Source of the DNA: Eledone cirrhosa
Taxonomy: Eukaryota
DNA: 64,000 nt
Assembly (NCBI GenBank): GCA_964016885.1
Contig: OZ024743.1
Span: 33,108,001 to 33,172,000 of the forward strand
Direction of reading: 5' to 3'
Below the pieces are notes generated by a model. The model was not told where the DNA came from. It saw only the letters and a program-made list of their open reading frames with translations, and made no database searches. Below are positions 1 through 13,405 of the stretch, piece after piece (the stretch's first letter is position 1; each line of letters begins with the position of its first letter). The position numbers were made by a program, and so were the translations under genes.

Positions 1-50
1 ATGTATATATATATATATATATGTATGTATATATGTATGTATGTATATAT

Positions 51-690
51 GTCAGGTCACCAGTTGGTGCTACTGGTAACATGTATCCCAGTACAACCTG
101 TCTCATGGTCGGGTCGTTGGCGACTAAACTGGCAACCCCACCAAGGTTTCTTGGTGAGGAGGGTGACTTTGGACATCCTACAGGACTAAAAACAAAACCT
201 GTCAAAAGGGCAAAGGAGCTCTTAAGAGTCAATGGCCATCTAAAATCACCGGGAGAGATGACCCCTTAGCCTTTGTCAAGGCAGAATTCTAGGAGAAGGA
301 AAACTCTGATATAACACCTGCAACCCTGATGGTATCCAATGATGTTGACTTGTTCTTCTTTTTGGTAAATATCATCTTGGTTAAGAGAGTGGGACTGGCT
401 TTGTGCATTGCCTATGCTCACTATAAAAGCTTCACGGCACAGGCATTGCTTTATATCTGGAGATCTCTCTGCACTTGTCATCACATGGTGCCATGGGCCC
501 AACACTATGTGTCAATAATTGTCACAGGTGTAGTGATTGTGCCAGTTTTCAAGTCGCTGGCTGGACTAAAAAGTCACACTCGTTCAGCGCATCGGTAGGG
601 GTTCTCCTACATGGATATAAAGTAGTGGCCGTACTCGAAAACGAGTTGGCAGCCACCATGCATAACCCTCATTATGTATGTATGCATATA
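51..690 (+). repeat. Unclassified dispersed repeat, possibly a non-autonomous retroelement
   Basis: Starts abruptly after a TA/TATG tract and ends in TATG repeats. About 414-500 is near-identical to 10758-10845; 330-450 has a diverged reverse-complement match at about 13880-14000. Confidence 0.5.
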
Positions 691-1193
691 TACAGCAAGC
701 TAGTTGAGTTCTTTGGCACAAATTTCTTTGTTTGAATTCAAGCACCAAACCACGTATTTTAGTCTATTATAGCAGTCTTCCACTTTTTCATTAGAGGCAG
801 AATGTGAGAATGGCAAGAACTGCTGGATATCTTATCCAGTAGTAATGGATAACACACACTGCATAGAGCTATCTTATGACTTGGGCAACCCTGCTGAAGA
901 CATTTAATAGCCCAGTTATGTAAATATCTGCTGATATTACTTGTGGATGTAATATCTGCATTTGTGAAGTTATGTTGCAAAGAAAAGATATCGTCCAGGA
1001 GTTGAGATTTTTACTTTTATCTCTACCAAAACACAGCCACCGTCTCTGCTATTAACTAAAATGTGTGCACTCTGATCAGCTGATTGCAGCTGCATCACTG
1101 CAATTCGCCAGATTCATTGAGTGAGCTAGACATTGGCCAGAGAACGTTGACTTAATACCAGCAAACTTTGTTACTTTTATATTATATATACAT

Positions 1194-1720
1194 ATCATCA
1201 TCATCGTTTAACGTCCTTCTTCCATGTTAGCATGGGTTAGACGGGAGTTGTCCCAATTTGAGGCAAGGTTGGTCGGGTAACCGTATCTCGTTCGTATAGG
1301 ACTATCTGGCAGGTTTTCTACGGCTGTATGCCCTTCCTAACACCAACCACATTTACAGTATGGACTGGGAACTTTTTACTGTGTTACCTACACGGCCACA
1401 TTACAGCGTGGACTGTGTGTTTTTTTTTTGTCGTAACACCTACACGATCTTGATCTCAGTATCTCATTTATTTGGACTAGATGTTGTGGTACCAACTTTA
1501 CAGAGAAAGGGTGGTGTTGGTGGGAGTGGGAGGATGGAGTAGGAGTAGTGGATTGGGGTGTATATTTGGTTAAGAGGTGCCTACTGACTGTAGGTTTCGC
1601 TTTGTACATAAGCAAGGCGGGTCTTCTGTATTACTGTGTCGTGCCAAAGATCTCGGTCCAGTGACATTGTCTTAGAGAAGTGCAAGTGTGTAAGGTCGGA
1701 ATTTATCAAATCGTCCCAGG
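1194..1720 (-). mobile_element. RTE LINE family A, 3' fragment
   Basis: Reverse complement matches the ORF end and 3' UTR of the 36.5-39.8 kb copy; (GAT)n tail next to TA. Confidence 0.9.
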
Positions 1721-2586
1721 ATTATCATCATCATTTTGTGTCTGTTTTTCCGATCTACATACACACATACATATATTGACATGTATATATACATATACAC
1801 TTGACATACACACACACATAGATCTTTCTCTTCTGCCTTTAGTCAAGAGTCTAGCTGAACATGTACTAAGAAATATTTCCCAATTTATAGTTTAATACTG
1901 TTCAATCATTTCTATTGGAAGTAAGTTATTTACTTGGGATGCTAATAATTATCAGATTGCAGGGAAGAGAATCCTACTGGAAAAGGCAATAACAATGTCA
2001 AGTGGTGTAACAAGAAACTAGCTGCATACATCATGAAAATCAGATAAAGTTTTTTACTTAAAACATTGATTAGCAGATGGTAGCTATTTCAATCTTGAGA
2101 TTTAAAAATTACCAAAGAAAAACATAATATTAATAATTATAATAATAATAAATAAATTAACAATAAAGATAATTAAAATAAATATATAATAATTACGATG
2201 TGTTCAAGAATGTGTATAGAATAGAGACAAGTGTCCAGGAGTGTGAAAAAAAGAGAAAGTATAAGTGTGGTGGCGAAACAGAGTGGTAGATGTGATAGGA
2301 TAGTTAGGGGGGAATAATTGAAGAGAGAGAGAAAGAATAACTAAATGCTGGTTGATAGGAAAGGGCACTGAAGGAAGTCAGGATGAGCAGCATGGTGAGA
2401 TAGATATTCAAATGAGCAATTGTAAGAGAGTGTGTGGTAAATAACAAGTGAGATGGACAAGTGAGCCTGTTGAATGTCAATGAAGAATCACATGGAGGAG
2501 AGAGAGTGATAGCTAGCAATAGGAGCAAGTGATGATAGGGGATACTGTATATGTACAGATTCAATGCCATTTCCTATTACACAGTC

Positions 2587-2990
2587 ATAATAATTGTTTC
2601 TATATTTGGTACAAGGCAAGCAATTATCCCAATGTATTACTGGTGCTTTATTTTATCGACCCCGTCAGGATGAAAGGCAAAGTTAACCTCGGCGGGATTT
2701 GAACTCAGATCATAAAGGGAGGTAACTCTATGCTTCAAAGAATGGCGTCAGATCCTCTACCGATACTGCCAATCCACAACCCTTATTACACAGTCATAAT
2801 AATTGTTTCTACTTTAGGCACAAGGCCAGCAATTACCCAGTACATTACTGGTACTTTATTTTATCGACCCCGTAAGGATGAAAGGCAAAGTTAACCTCGG
2901 CGGGATTTGAACTCAGACTGTAAAGGGACGTAACTATGCTAGAAAGCATGGGGTCCAACCCTCTACCGATACTGCCAATTCACCGCCCTT
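2587..2990 (-). mobile_element. Two tandem copies of SINE group 2 (tRNA-like head, ATT tail)
   Basis: On the minus strand: A-box-like TGGCAGTATCGG, B-box GAGTTCAAATC, central GCCTTTCATCCTTACGGGGTCGATAAAATAAAGTACCAG. The same unit recurs about 12 times in the window. Confidence 0.85.
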
Positions 2991-3435
2991 ACACAGTCAT
3001 AATAATGGAAGAGAGATACAGTAATAGAGAGGGTGTGTGATAGATAAGAGGGTAACAAATAGTGCAGTAGATGGGAATTTAAAAGAGATGTGATGGTGGT
3101 GATGAACCTCAATCTAGATATATTATATATCCTAACATTCATCACCATCAACTATTATCCATTGTGTTATTAGATAGCTACTGAAAACATTCAGCTTCAC
3201 ATTGAGTAGTAAATGAAATATGCAAAAGAGTTTTGTGTGTTAGTGTATCTTTTAATACTTTCATAAAGCTATTAGACTAAACTCTGATTACTCTGAATGT
3301 AAGCTGATGGAATAGAGTGTAGCCTTTGGATAGGTTGTTAATCTATTTCAATTAACTCTGATATAAGTACCTTGTGTTTTTGTTTTGATAGGACATGTTT
3401 GTAATTTGAATTAAGAGTTGTGTTCAAAGTGAAAG

Positions 3436-3695
3436 TGTGTGGTCTAGTGGTTAGGGTGTTGAGCTTAAGATCATAATGTGAGTTCAATTTCTAGACTCTG
3501 CGGTTCACTGTGTTCTTTAAAAAACACTTCCTTTCACATTATTCCAGTCAGCCCAACTGAAAATTGAGTACATGGAAGAGCAATTGTTGAGTGTTCTGTC
3601 CAAGAGTCAGTTTTATACTCTAAGTCCTTTAACACCAGTGAAACTGGCATAAGCTCTGACATGATGAGCCTCAATGCTTGAGACAGGCTTAAAAC
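3436..3695 (+). mobile_element. Degenerate SINE group 1 (tRNA head plus CORE-like domain)
   Basis: TGGTCTAGTGG A box, GAGTTCAATT B box and CACTT..TTTCACATT core, as at 13009; tail similar to the 4896 copy. Confidence 0.65.
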
Positions 3696-4337
3696 ATCTT
3701 TTTTAACTAAAGAAAATACATGTAGAAGCTGGTAACCATAATACTAGGAATGCACGGATAAGCAAATTGGCTTATTACTGATCAATCAGCTTGCCTTATC
3801 GACTGATACCGATTAATCAGCCACCAATTATCTATAATGTAATTATGTATTGTGATATGAAAATGCATATTATAATTAATTGTAGGCAATATATTGTATT
3901 TCATAATCAACCACAATTATAGAGCTGCTATTTGAGAGTGCATGATGACACACTTAGGCTGATTTTATTGCAGTTTCTACATTATATTGTCATTAATGTG
4001 TTATTCAACAGCACCACTCTCTGTACATAACGCATCCCATATTCTCTACCTATACATAGGTTTCAGTTTTATTTATCATTGTATGACTATGTCACCAACA
4101 TGTGTAGTCAGAATAGTTATATTGATATAAAGCCAAAAGTAAAAGAAAAAAACAATTACAATTAACAAGGTTATTAACACATTTATTGTTAGTTAGGTAA
4201 ACTTTCTGGTTTATTCTCCTGAACTCATGAATCATGGTGTGTGGCAAAGCTGGTTGGTATAGTGGATTCATTTAAGCTTGATGCCCAAGAGTGATGTGAT
4301 ATTTAGCTTAGTAAGAAAGTTGTTGATTGGCTGTGTT

Positions 4338-4561
4338 TTAACCCTTTAGCATTTAAACTAGCTGTATCCAGCCATAATTCTCTCACCTCTTTCTGATCAA
4401 AACAGCTGTAACTGGCTACTCATACTTATATTAACGTTCTCAAAATAAATAATACCAAAATCTCATAGATTTGATATTATGTGGCATAATTATGTAAGAT
4501 AAAGTATTTGCCATGAAAATACAATAGTAAATATAGAATAATGTAAAGGCTAAAGGATTAA
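4338..4561. mobile_element. TTAA-flanked MITE (piggyBac-like)
   Basis: TTAA-CCCTTTAGC...GCTAAAGGA-TTAA; interior homologous to copies at 8.4-8.85, 11.6 and 21.4 kb. Confidence 0.7.
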
Positions 4562-4895
4562 GGGAAGAAGGTAACCTGTTTTTGAACAAATGTGTAATTG
4601 GAATTTTTATAACTTTTAAATTAATTATATTTTAAAAGATTAATTTTAAAAATATCCTCTCAGGTGGGTAGAAGAACCACTCTTCTACTTTAATACCCTT
4701 AGTCTAATGGAAGCTACAGCCCCTGGGTAATCCCAAGAAATTTCCATTTGTGTAGATCTATGCATTCGAGCATTAGAAATAGTTATACTACACCAGTGGG
4801 CTTAGATTGTGTGTCCTAGGAAATAACATATATTTATTATGCATTGAATCCAATGTGTGTTTCTGAATTTCTGTCACCCATGATTTTCTTCTATG

Positions 4896-5140
4896 GAGGC
4901 GCATGGCCTAGTGATAAGGGTGTTGGATTTACAATCATAATATCATGGGTTCAATTCCTGGGCATGTTGTGTTCTTGAGCAAAACACTTCATTTCACATT
5001 GTTCCAGTATACTAAGCTGAAAATGATCACCAGCAATATGTCCTGGAGGAAGTCTTGTACTCTCAGTCGCTTCACACCATGAACTGGGATAAGCACCGGC
5101 CTAACAAGCCTTCTGGAAAAAGACAGACTTTAGACTTAGA
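4896..5140 (+). mobile_element. SINE group 1, tail type ending AGACTTTAGACTT
   Basis: GGAGGCGCATGGCCTAGTG head, GGTTCAATTCC B box, GTGTTCTTGAGCAAAACACTT core. Confidence 0.75.
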
Positions 5141-5172
5141 TATGGTTTTCTTACTCCCGCATGTGTACCTAG

Positions 5173-5370
5173 CAATAATAATGATTTCTAGTATAGGCAC
5201 AAGGCTAGTAATTTTTGGGGGAGGAGTCGATTAGATCGCCTCCAGTACATTACTGGTACTTTATTTTATTGACCCCGTAAGGATGAAAGGCAAAGTTAAC
5301 CTCGGTGGGATTTGAACTCAGACTGTAAAGGACCGTAACTCTATGCTGCAAAGCATGGTGTCCGACTCTT
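5173..5370 (-). mobile_element. SINE group 2 variant
   Basis: Same central domain and B box as 2587-2990. Confidence 0.8.
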
Positions 5371-8300
5371 ACCTAGCAATAATAATAAAACAATAATGGA
5401 TTATTATCAAAACTGATTAATCAGCAAAAACAATTAAATGGCTGATATGGCCAATACCAGTTATCTGCTGCTTAATCAGTGCAACCCTACTTAATACCTT
5501 GACCATTTAAGTTCTTCATATTTATACATATATACACACACATACTGTTAGAAGTAAGCATATATACACACAACACACATATATTTATTTTACACATATT
5601 TGTCCACAGTAGCTTTCAATTTTATATATTTATATATAAATACACTTTAAATTGATCCCTTCTTTACTGCAAGCTACTCAAAAATAGTAAAACTGGTACC
5701 TGTTGAGAGCCAAGTATCTGTGGAAAATAGTGTTATATAGCCTATATAATAACTTAAAATAACAACTGTAGCATGGTTTGAATAAATAATCAAAAAGTTT
5801 GTCTTCTAGCACTTTGAGCTTTTGTATATGTGTGTTTCTATGGTAATTTTTCTCTCTGAATTTTTTTAATATGTAAAAATGATGATAATTTACTATCATT
5901 TTTTTAGTTTAAATAAAGGATTCTCGACGTAGTTGATATTGACTCCCAGTGTCTAGTGAAACTACCTTAGGGGTCTATTGAACTTTTAAGCCAAAACCTA
6001 ACATTTGAATAATAAATGAAAATACATAAAATAATACAATTTGCTTATACAGGTTTCTGATTTATACATAACTAGTCTTTATTGTCTATTTATTTTATAT
6101 TCTCTTTAATGATTTATCTATTTATTTATTTATTTTTGTACACGCTTGGTGTCCATGAGGATAAAAAGACACCATGAAGGGTCATTGGTAAATTTTACTA
6201 AAGTCTAAACAGAAAAATATTATTAATATCTCAATCATCAAGTTTGAAAGGGTTTCAGTTAACATTGAGTTTGAAGACAGAGTGGCTAGTATATTAGAAG
6301 GACTCATGAAACAGAAGTGTGATCTGTGAAGTTATGTAAAGGGAGAACTACATATAATATTTTGTATGAAACTAGTAGATGTGATGAGAAGACGATGTAT
6401 TAGATTGTTTGAGGGGAAATAAGATGTATTTAGTATGTTTGGAAACTTACTATCCACTATTGTAGAAAAGACTAAGAAAGAAACCAACATGGCAATATCC
6501 ATTGCCATGTTGGTCTTATAAGTTTTGATTCAGTTAGTGTGCTCTTTTATAATACAGCCAGCATGCTTCCTTTTCAGCATACATACATTCATGCACACCC
6601 ACGCACACCTACACACATACACACTCATGTCTGTGTGGGAATATGATATATGAGTATAAACATATATACACATATCAGCATATGTTCATATCTAACTGTA
6701 AGTAATAAAATATATAGGAGCATAAGGAAGTAATAAATACACAATATATTATTCCTTTTTTAGTAGAATTTGATTTTATTGTATCTAAGTAGAAAGATAT
6801 TTATACTTATGATATTAAAAGACTAATTACATTTCCTTGAAACATTTGAAATTATTATATTTAATGTATTCAGAATATACTTCAGCTTTTAAGTTGTGAT
6901 AAAATAGTTATTTACCTGATACTCATTTGTATTTGTTTGAAAATTATACTTCTTAATGATATTCCTCTAACACATAAACCTGAATTATGCTTATGATGTC
7001 AAACACTTGTGTGGGCGTTTCAACTCATGTAGGTGTTGATGTATGCAAGCCACTGCTATGTTTTAGTGACATAGCTATAGATTGGGGGGGTTATGTTTAT
7101 TCTAGACATGATGTAAATGGAGTATTTTCCCATTCATGCCTATATAAGGTGAATGAGTAAAATTTATAAAATAATAACTCCATAAATAGATGTGAAAGAG
7201 GCTGCGCAACATTGAAAAAAATATATGTAATTTATGGCAGGTTTTATTGATGCTGTTAATGTAGAGTCAATTTCTTAGATAATATAGCAACCACAGCATG
7301 AGGCTTTCAATATTTTTTCTGGAATGTTTGATAATTAGATTCAATTTTTTTTATCAATCAAAATTTTATTCATTTATTGTAAAATACAAAACAGTGACTT
7401 GACCTAATTTCTGCACACTTAAAAAAGGCTTAATTCCATGGCATAGAAAATCATAAAACTACTATTAACACTTTTGATACCAACACACATAAAGCCACCT
7501 CTGGTTTATAATACAAAACTATTTGTTTTGTGGATATATTTATCTAAACATCTATCATAATTTTATGTAAGAACTTTAATTTATATTCCCAGCACTGGTG
7601 GTTTAATAATGAAAAATTTAGTTATATTACTAAATCTCTCCAAATTCCTGATTATTTTCAAAATTATTTGAAAATCACAGACTGTGTATTTTATGAGAAG
7701 TATGGTAATGAAAGGGTTAAAGGGTAATAGTTATCAACTTTAAATATTTTGTTTTATGTAAAAGCTATTGCTTGCTCATTCTTATATCAGTCATTATTAT
7801 AACAGAAGATTTGATTTCCAGAGCTTTGATGCAACAAACTGCAATGTTAAATATGCATACAGAATATAGATAAACTATGTTATGAAAACATTTCTATTGA
7901 TTGAATAACTAACTTTGTTTCATATTGTTTCATACATGAATTGAAAGCAGAAGAGAAAATATGTTCGATTATTTCTCATTTGTCTAAGATATCTATCTGA
8001 TAAAATTATATAATATAAGAAACTATTTCATACGATTTTGTTTTGTTTTTATTCATATTTTTTGTAAATAAAAAAGTTAAATGTTTCTGAAATCCTGTGA
8101 TTGATCTTCTAGATCATAAGCTAAAGATTGAGACAAATATGAAATCTTTAAAAAAATGTATAGGTAACTCTCATCCCAAGAATAAATTAGATACATGTAG
8201 ATATATTGTTCTTTTCATTAAACTGTATTTTTAACCACACACACAATTATGTTTTTGCAGTAAGGAAAGAACACAGGGGACTTCAATGTTTCCGATACTT

Positions 8301-8412
8301 GTCCTTTGTTGGGAACATTAAAGAGCAAAAAAGGGAGAAAGAAAAGTAAAAAAAAATAAAGATAACCCAGCATGGTAAATGAACAATAGTAGTGAATAGC
8401 ACAGTAGGGTGC

Positions 8413-8852
8413 TTAACCCTTTAGTATTTACATTACTCTATATATACTATCATATTTACTATCATTCTTTCATGATAAAGGCTTTGCCTCACATAATTGT
8501 CTCACATGATATTGAATCTATGAGATTTTAATATTATTTATTTTGAGAACAATACCTTAACATCAATATGAGCAGCTGGTTACAGCTAGTTTGAACAGAA
8601 AGAGGTGAGCGAATTCTGGCCAGTTTAACCCCTTAATGTTCAAACCGGCCAAAACCGGCCAGAATTCTCTACCTCTTTCTGTTGAAACTGGCTGTAACTG
8701 GTCGCTCAAACTGATGTTAAGGTATTGTTCTCAAAATAAATACTTTCAAAATCTCATAGATTCGATATTATGTGAGATAATTATGCGAGGTAAAGCCTTT
8801 ACTGTGAAAATATAATAGTATATATAGAGTAATGTGAATGCTAAAAGGTTAA
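8413..8852. mobile_element. Two TTAA-flanked MITE copies in inverted orientation
   Basis: TTAA at 8413, 8625 and 8849; 8417-8624 is the approximate reverse complement of 8647-8848. Confidence 0.8.
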
Positions 8853-9213
8853 TGGTGTTTTTCAGACAAAAGAGTGAAGTAAGGGAGATAAGTAAGATCT
8901 AGGTCATATGTGTGTGTTTATTGGAAAGTGTGTGACCATATTCTGTTAATGTGTGTATGTTCTAGGGATTAGTGGATGATATAGAGACAAAACATGCAAT
9001 GATATGGGTGACGTGAACAAGACATAATAGTAGTATGTGTCTGGGATTAATGGGTAGTGTCTATATGTTTGTGATCTATTTTAAATACTTTGCTAATGAG
9101 TTAGATATTTAGCAATATTTGTACTCATATTAAGACAAACTGAGCATTAAAATAGATAATTTTATATCTTATATTTTCTCTTGGCAGTAAACTAATATCA
9201 TTATTATTTTTTG

Positions 9214-9408
9214 GAGGCAGTGGATTGACAGTATCGGTAGAGGGTCGGACGCCATGCTTTCCAGCATAGTTACGTTCCTTTACGATCTAAGTTCAAATCC
9301 CGCCGAGGTTGACTTTGCCTTTCATCCTTACAGGGTCGATAAAATAAAGTACCAGTAATGCACTGGGATAATTGCTGGCATTGTGCCAAAAGTAAAAACA
9401 ATTATTAT
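9214..9408 (+). mobile_element. SINE group 2
   Basis: GTTCAAATCCCGCCGAGGTTGACTTTGCCTTTCATCC..., ends in ATTATT. Confidence 0.85.
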
Positions 9409-9949
9409 TTTTGTTTTCTTTTTATTTACATGCAGAAACCCATATTTGTACTGTCCTGTACCACCCTGTGCTGTCCTTAATGTATTTTTTGTAAACCCTT
9501 TGTGGTTAATAAAGAAATCATTATTATTCTATATACAATTAATTTTATCCTAAAAATCACATTTCAACACTTCATTATAATAAGGGGCTGCTTTGTTGAA
9601 GGAAGATTATTATCAGATGAAATGCTGGATAACTGTATTCCTTTCATCATCATTTTATATACATTTTCCATGCTGGCATGAGTTAGTTGAGTTGTTACAG
9701 TCTGAGTCAGTTCATATTGTGTGATGATGAGAGTGTAAGAGTGAGCAGTAGTGTTAATAGTAAGGGTTAGGGTTAGTAATAAATATAATAGTGATGGTCG
9801 GGGGATTTGATACATTGGGGGAGGGCAACCAGATGCCCCTTTCCCTATAATTCAGAAATGTTATAGTGAATATTATAGTGGGGTCACAGATGAGAGGGTT
9901 ATGAATAAATTCTAAACTTCATCAACACCACCACCACCACTATCTTTTA

Positions 9950-10612
9950 GCAACTGCCACCCTGGTTGTACACATGGGTAGGCTTTCTCTGCCACAGAAA
10001 GTTACCAATCATCACTTTCCTTCAGTTTCTTGATGTCAGTCAGTCTTCATTAATTCATCACCAGTCTTTCTGTGTCCCTGTTTTCACAGGTTCCAACCAC
10101 ATCAAGTGTTCAGTATCTCTTTATACAACTATCATTCTCTCTAAGCCATCACATGTCTGTACTAGTACAACCAATATCACTTGCACTCTACATCTGATTC
10201 TTTTTATATTCAGTTATATTCAGCTTTCTTTGATGAACTCGCACTTATAGCAAAATCTGTTGAAGAATTGGAGAATAATAGTGATGCATCATGTGGAGAA
10301 TAATAGTGATGCATCATGTGGAGAATAATAGTGATGCATCATGTGGAGAATAATAGTGATGCATCATGTGGAGCATGCACAGTTCATTTCATTTTAGCCA
10401 TTACAAATCTTCTGCATTTATGGCCCATGCCACACTATTAAGCCTCATACAATCTGCCCTTCACTCTAAAAAAGAAATCCTTTGTTGTCAGCAGAGCTAA
10501 CAGCTCCCTGAACTCTTACCACCTTTTTCTCACTCTAACTAGTACACTTTTGATGCCCCTTAAATGTTAATGATGTCTCATTGGTAGCAAAAGCTATCAA
10601 CTACTTCTAGTG
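9950..10612 (-). pseudogene. Highly decayed RTE ORF remnant
   Basis: Minus strand reads EVVDSFCY near 10590-10610, matching EIVDSFRYLG; patchy similarity downstream. Confidence 0.5.
10269..10373. repeat. 25-bp tandem repeat, 4 copies
   Basis: Unit TGGAGAATAATAGTGATGCATCATG, four identical copies, no spacers. Confidence 0.95.
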
Positions 10613-11388
10613 AATTTTGAAAATAATCAACATGTTAGAGGGATCTAGTAAAATAATCAAACTTGTCGTCATTCTGTGAAGTGGTTGTGCTGGTGCCTCA
10701 ATAAAATGCACCCAGTACACCCTGTAAAGTGGTTGGCATTAGGAAGGACATCTAGCCATGCTCACTATAAAAGCTTCACGGCACAGGCATTGCTTTATAT
10801 CTGGAGATCTCCCTGCACTTGTCGTCACATGGTACCATGGGCCCAGCATGTGCCCAAACGAAACAAGTGAACAAAACGTGGTCTTCTAATCCATCTGTGA
10901 CAACCTGTCTACACTACACCAGTAGGGAAAAACTAATGTGTGCATGTGTGCACGCACGTGTAGATCTGTGCATGTGAGTATGTGTGTGCACACACATGTG
11001 TGGGTCTTTGTGTGTTCATGTATAGTGTAGAAAAATCAATAGCAGCAGTAGTGGTGTAGCAAAGTAAATAACATTGAAAAACATTTTCCAGAATTCTTCT
11101 AGACAGAGACAATGTAGTATTTATGTTTAGAAAAGAAAATGTGAACCTAAGTTACATGTTTAAATTGAAAAAAAAACATTGCTGTACATTTTAGAAAGAC
11201 ATTCTTATTTTATATGGTTCGGCTCTGATCTAAGACTTATACTTTTATTCTTTTACTTGTTTCAATTATTAGACTGCTGGGGTGATGTTTTGAAGGGATT
11301 TTGGTAGATTGTAAGAACACCAGAACTTATTTTTTAAATCTCTTTTTGTCAAATTACTAAGTTAGGGGACATAAATAAACAATAAACA

Positions 11389-11506
<118 letters not shown>

Positions 11507-11635
11507 CCATCTTGCTATAGAAACCATGCCAAATATGGAATATATAAGCAAGATGAGATCTCTCTAATCCATCTAGTTTCAGATCTTAACCATTCATCCA
11601 ATCCAAGCTTGCATGGAAATCATATTCATCATAGT

Positions 11636-11850
11636 TTAACCCTTTAGCATTTACATTATATTTACTATTGTATTTTAGTTGTAAAGGCCTTATCTCACAT
11701 AATATCGAATCTCTGATTTTGATGATGTTATAATTTATTTTGAGAACAATACCTTAACATCAGTATGAGCAGCCAGTTACAGCCGGTTTAAACAGAAAGA
11801 GGTGAGAGAATTCTGGCCAGATATAGCCATTTTAAATGTTAAAGAGTTAA
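11636..11850. mobile_element. TTAA-flanked MITE
   Basis: TTAA-CCCTTTAGCATT...AATGTTAAAGAG-TTAA. Confidence 0.75.
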
Positions 11851-12694
11851 CACCCGTTTTCCCTGCTTCCAAAGGTTAGACAGGTTGTTACAGACCAGTC
11901 AGTACTCAAACAGAGCTACTAACCCCTCTGGTATAAGATGTTGATGGTGATGATATATTTATGACAGGCTCTATAGTTTCCATCTACCAAGTTTAACTCA
12001 TAAAGCTTTTAGTCAACCTAAGGTTGAGGATTTAGCAGAAATCCAAGACGTGGGACTTGCCCAAGACATTATACTGTGGGACTGAATCCCAAACCACATG
12101 GTTGTGAGGCAAATTCATTAACCACACAACCTTGCCTGCTATACAACATTTTGTTTCATCCTAATGGAAAGGGATGAAAATCAAATCAAAAGGTATTTGC
12201 TTCTACTGCAGTAGGTGCTGCTGATGCTGGTGATGATCATGATGATCGTTAGAATCCTCTTATGAACTTGTGCCAGTATTGATGCTAATGTCACTGACAC
12301 CACTTAGTAGGTGATGGCCTTAAATTGTTCTATGCTCATGCTTTACCTATGAGATATAAATCGGGTCAATGTTACAGCTGCTGGAATTGTTTGTATTCAA
12401 GCAGGAAATATCACAGATATCAATTTCAGTTTTAGAATGAAAACATTAAAGTTACTTACAAATTTATATAAATCGAAGCATGTTAGAAAGAGAGAGGTGC
12501 GGATGTTGGGGGCTTTTGTATGTAAAGATATACAATGTGGAGAGAGGAGGGGAGAATCAGATTAATGCCAGTAGTGAAAGAAAGTAGGAGGGATTGATTG
12601 ATATGACATTTAAGGTAGATGTAAATCACTGACCAGGATGGTGAAAGGATGTATTATTGATATGTGTAAAATAAGCATGTATCTCTCTCTCTCA

Positions 12695-12736
<42 letters not shown>

Positions 12737-12834
12737 GCTTTATTCTGCTTACACCATTATTTATTGATTAGCAAAAACCCTAACTACCAATTGGTTAAAC
12801 ATTTAATAACACAACTATATATGTATATATATAT

Positions 12835-12990
12835 ATCATCATCGTTTAACGTTCATCTTCCACGCTAACATGGGATAGACGGGATTTTCTACGGTTGGAT
12901 GCCCTTCCTAACACCAACCACATTACAGCGTGGACTGGGAGCTTATTGCCGTGTTACCTACACAACCACATTACAACATGGACTGTTTTT
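12835..12990 (-). mobile_element. Short, internally deleted RTE-A 3' UTR fragment
   Basis: ATCATCATCGTTTAACG tail and GGATGCCCTTCCTAACACCAACC motif; TA on both sides. Confidence 0.75.
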
Positions 12991-13008
12991 TTTTTTATAT
13001 ATAGATGT

Positions 13009-13355
13009 GGAGGCACATGGCTTAGTGGTTAGAGCATTGGCCTTGCAATCGAAAGGTTGTGAGTTCAATTCTCAGACTGGGTGATGCGTTGTTTCCTTGA
13101 GCAAGACACTCTATTTCACATTGCTCCAGTTTACTCAGCTGTAGAAATGAGATGATAGGGACTGGGGTCCCTATCATTCCACTGCAAAGTGGTCGTGGAG
13201 GTGCCACGGCAAAAAAGCACCCAGCACTCGCTGTAAATGAGGTTGGTGTTAGGAAGGGCATCCAGCTGTAGAAATCAAGCCAGAATCAGTTCCCGTCCCA
13301 CCCTTGCAAGCAGGGAAAAAGCAGACGTAAAATGAAATGATGATGAATGATGATG
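13009..13355 (+). mobile_element. Full-length SINE group 1 with RTE-derived tail
   Basis: A box TGGCTTAGTGG, B box GAGTTCAATTC, CORE-like GTTTCCTTGAGCAAGACACT; 3' part near-identical to the 3' UTR of the RTE at 55940-56210; GAT tail in TA. Confidence 0.88.
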
Positions 13356-13405
13356 TATATATATATATATATATAGATATATATATAGATGTATATATAT
13401 ATATA

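Larger units (their letters stand above)
3745..5489. mobile_element. Degenerate hAT-like non-autonomous DNA transposon with nested insertions
   Basis: Imperfect TIRs (TAGGAATGCACGGATAAGC versus reverse complement TAGGGTTGCACTGATTAAGC) and 8-bp flanks CATAATAC (3737-3744) and CTTAATAC (5490-5497). An 8-bp TSD is typical of hAT. Confidence 0.55.

Noticed and set aside
10269-10373. Repeat with internal palindrome resembling a CRISPR array
   Set aside because: No spacers, no cas genes and a eukaryotic context; it is a simple tandem duplication.
13009-13085. tRNA gene
   Set aside because: The stems do not close into a cloverleaf and it continues into SINE core and tail; it is a SINE head.
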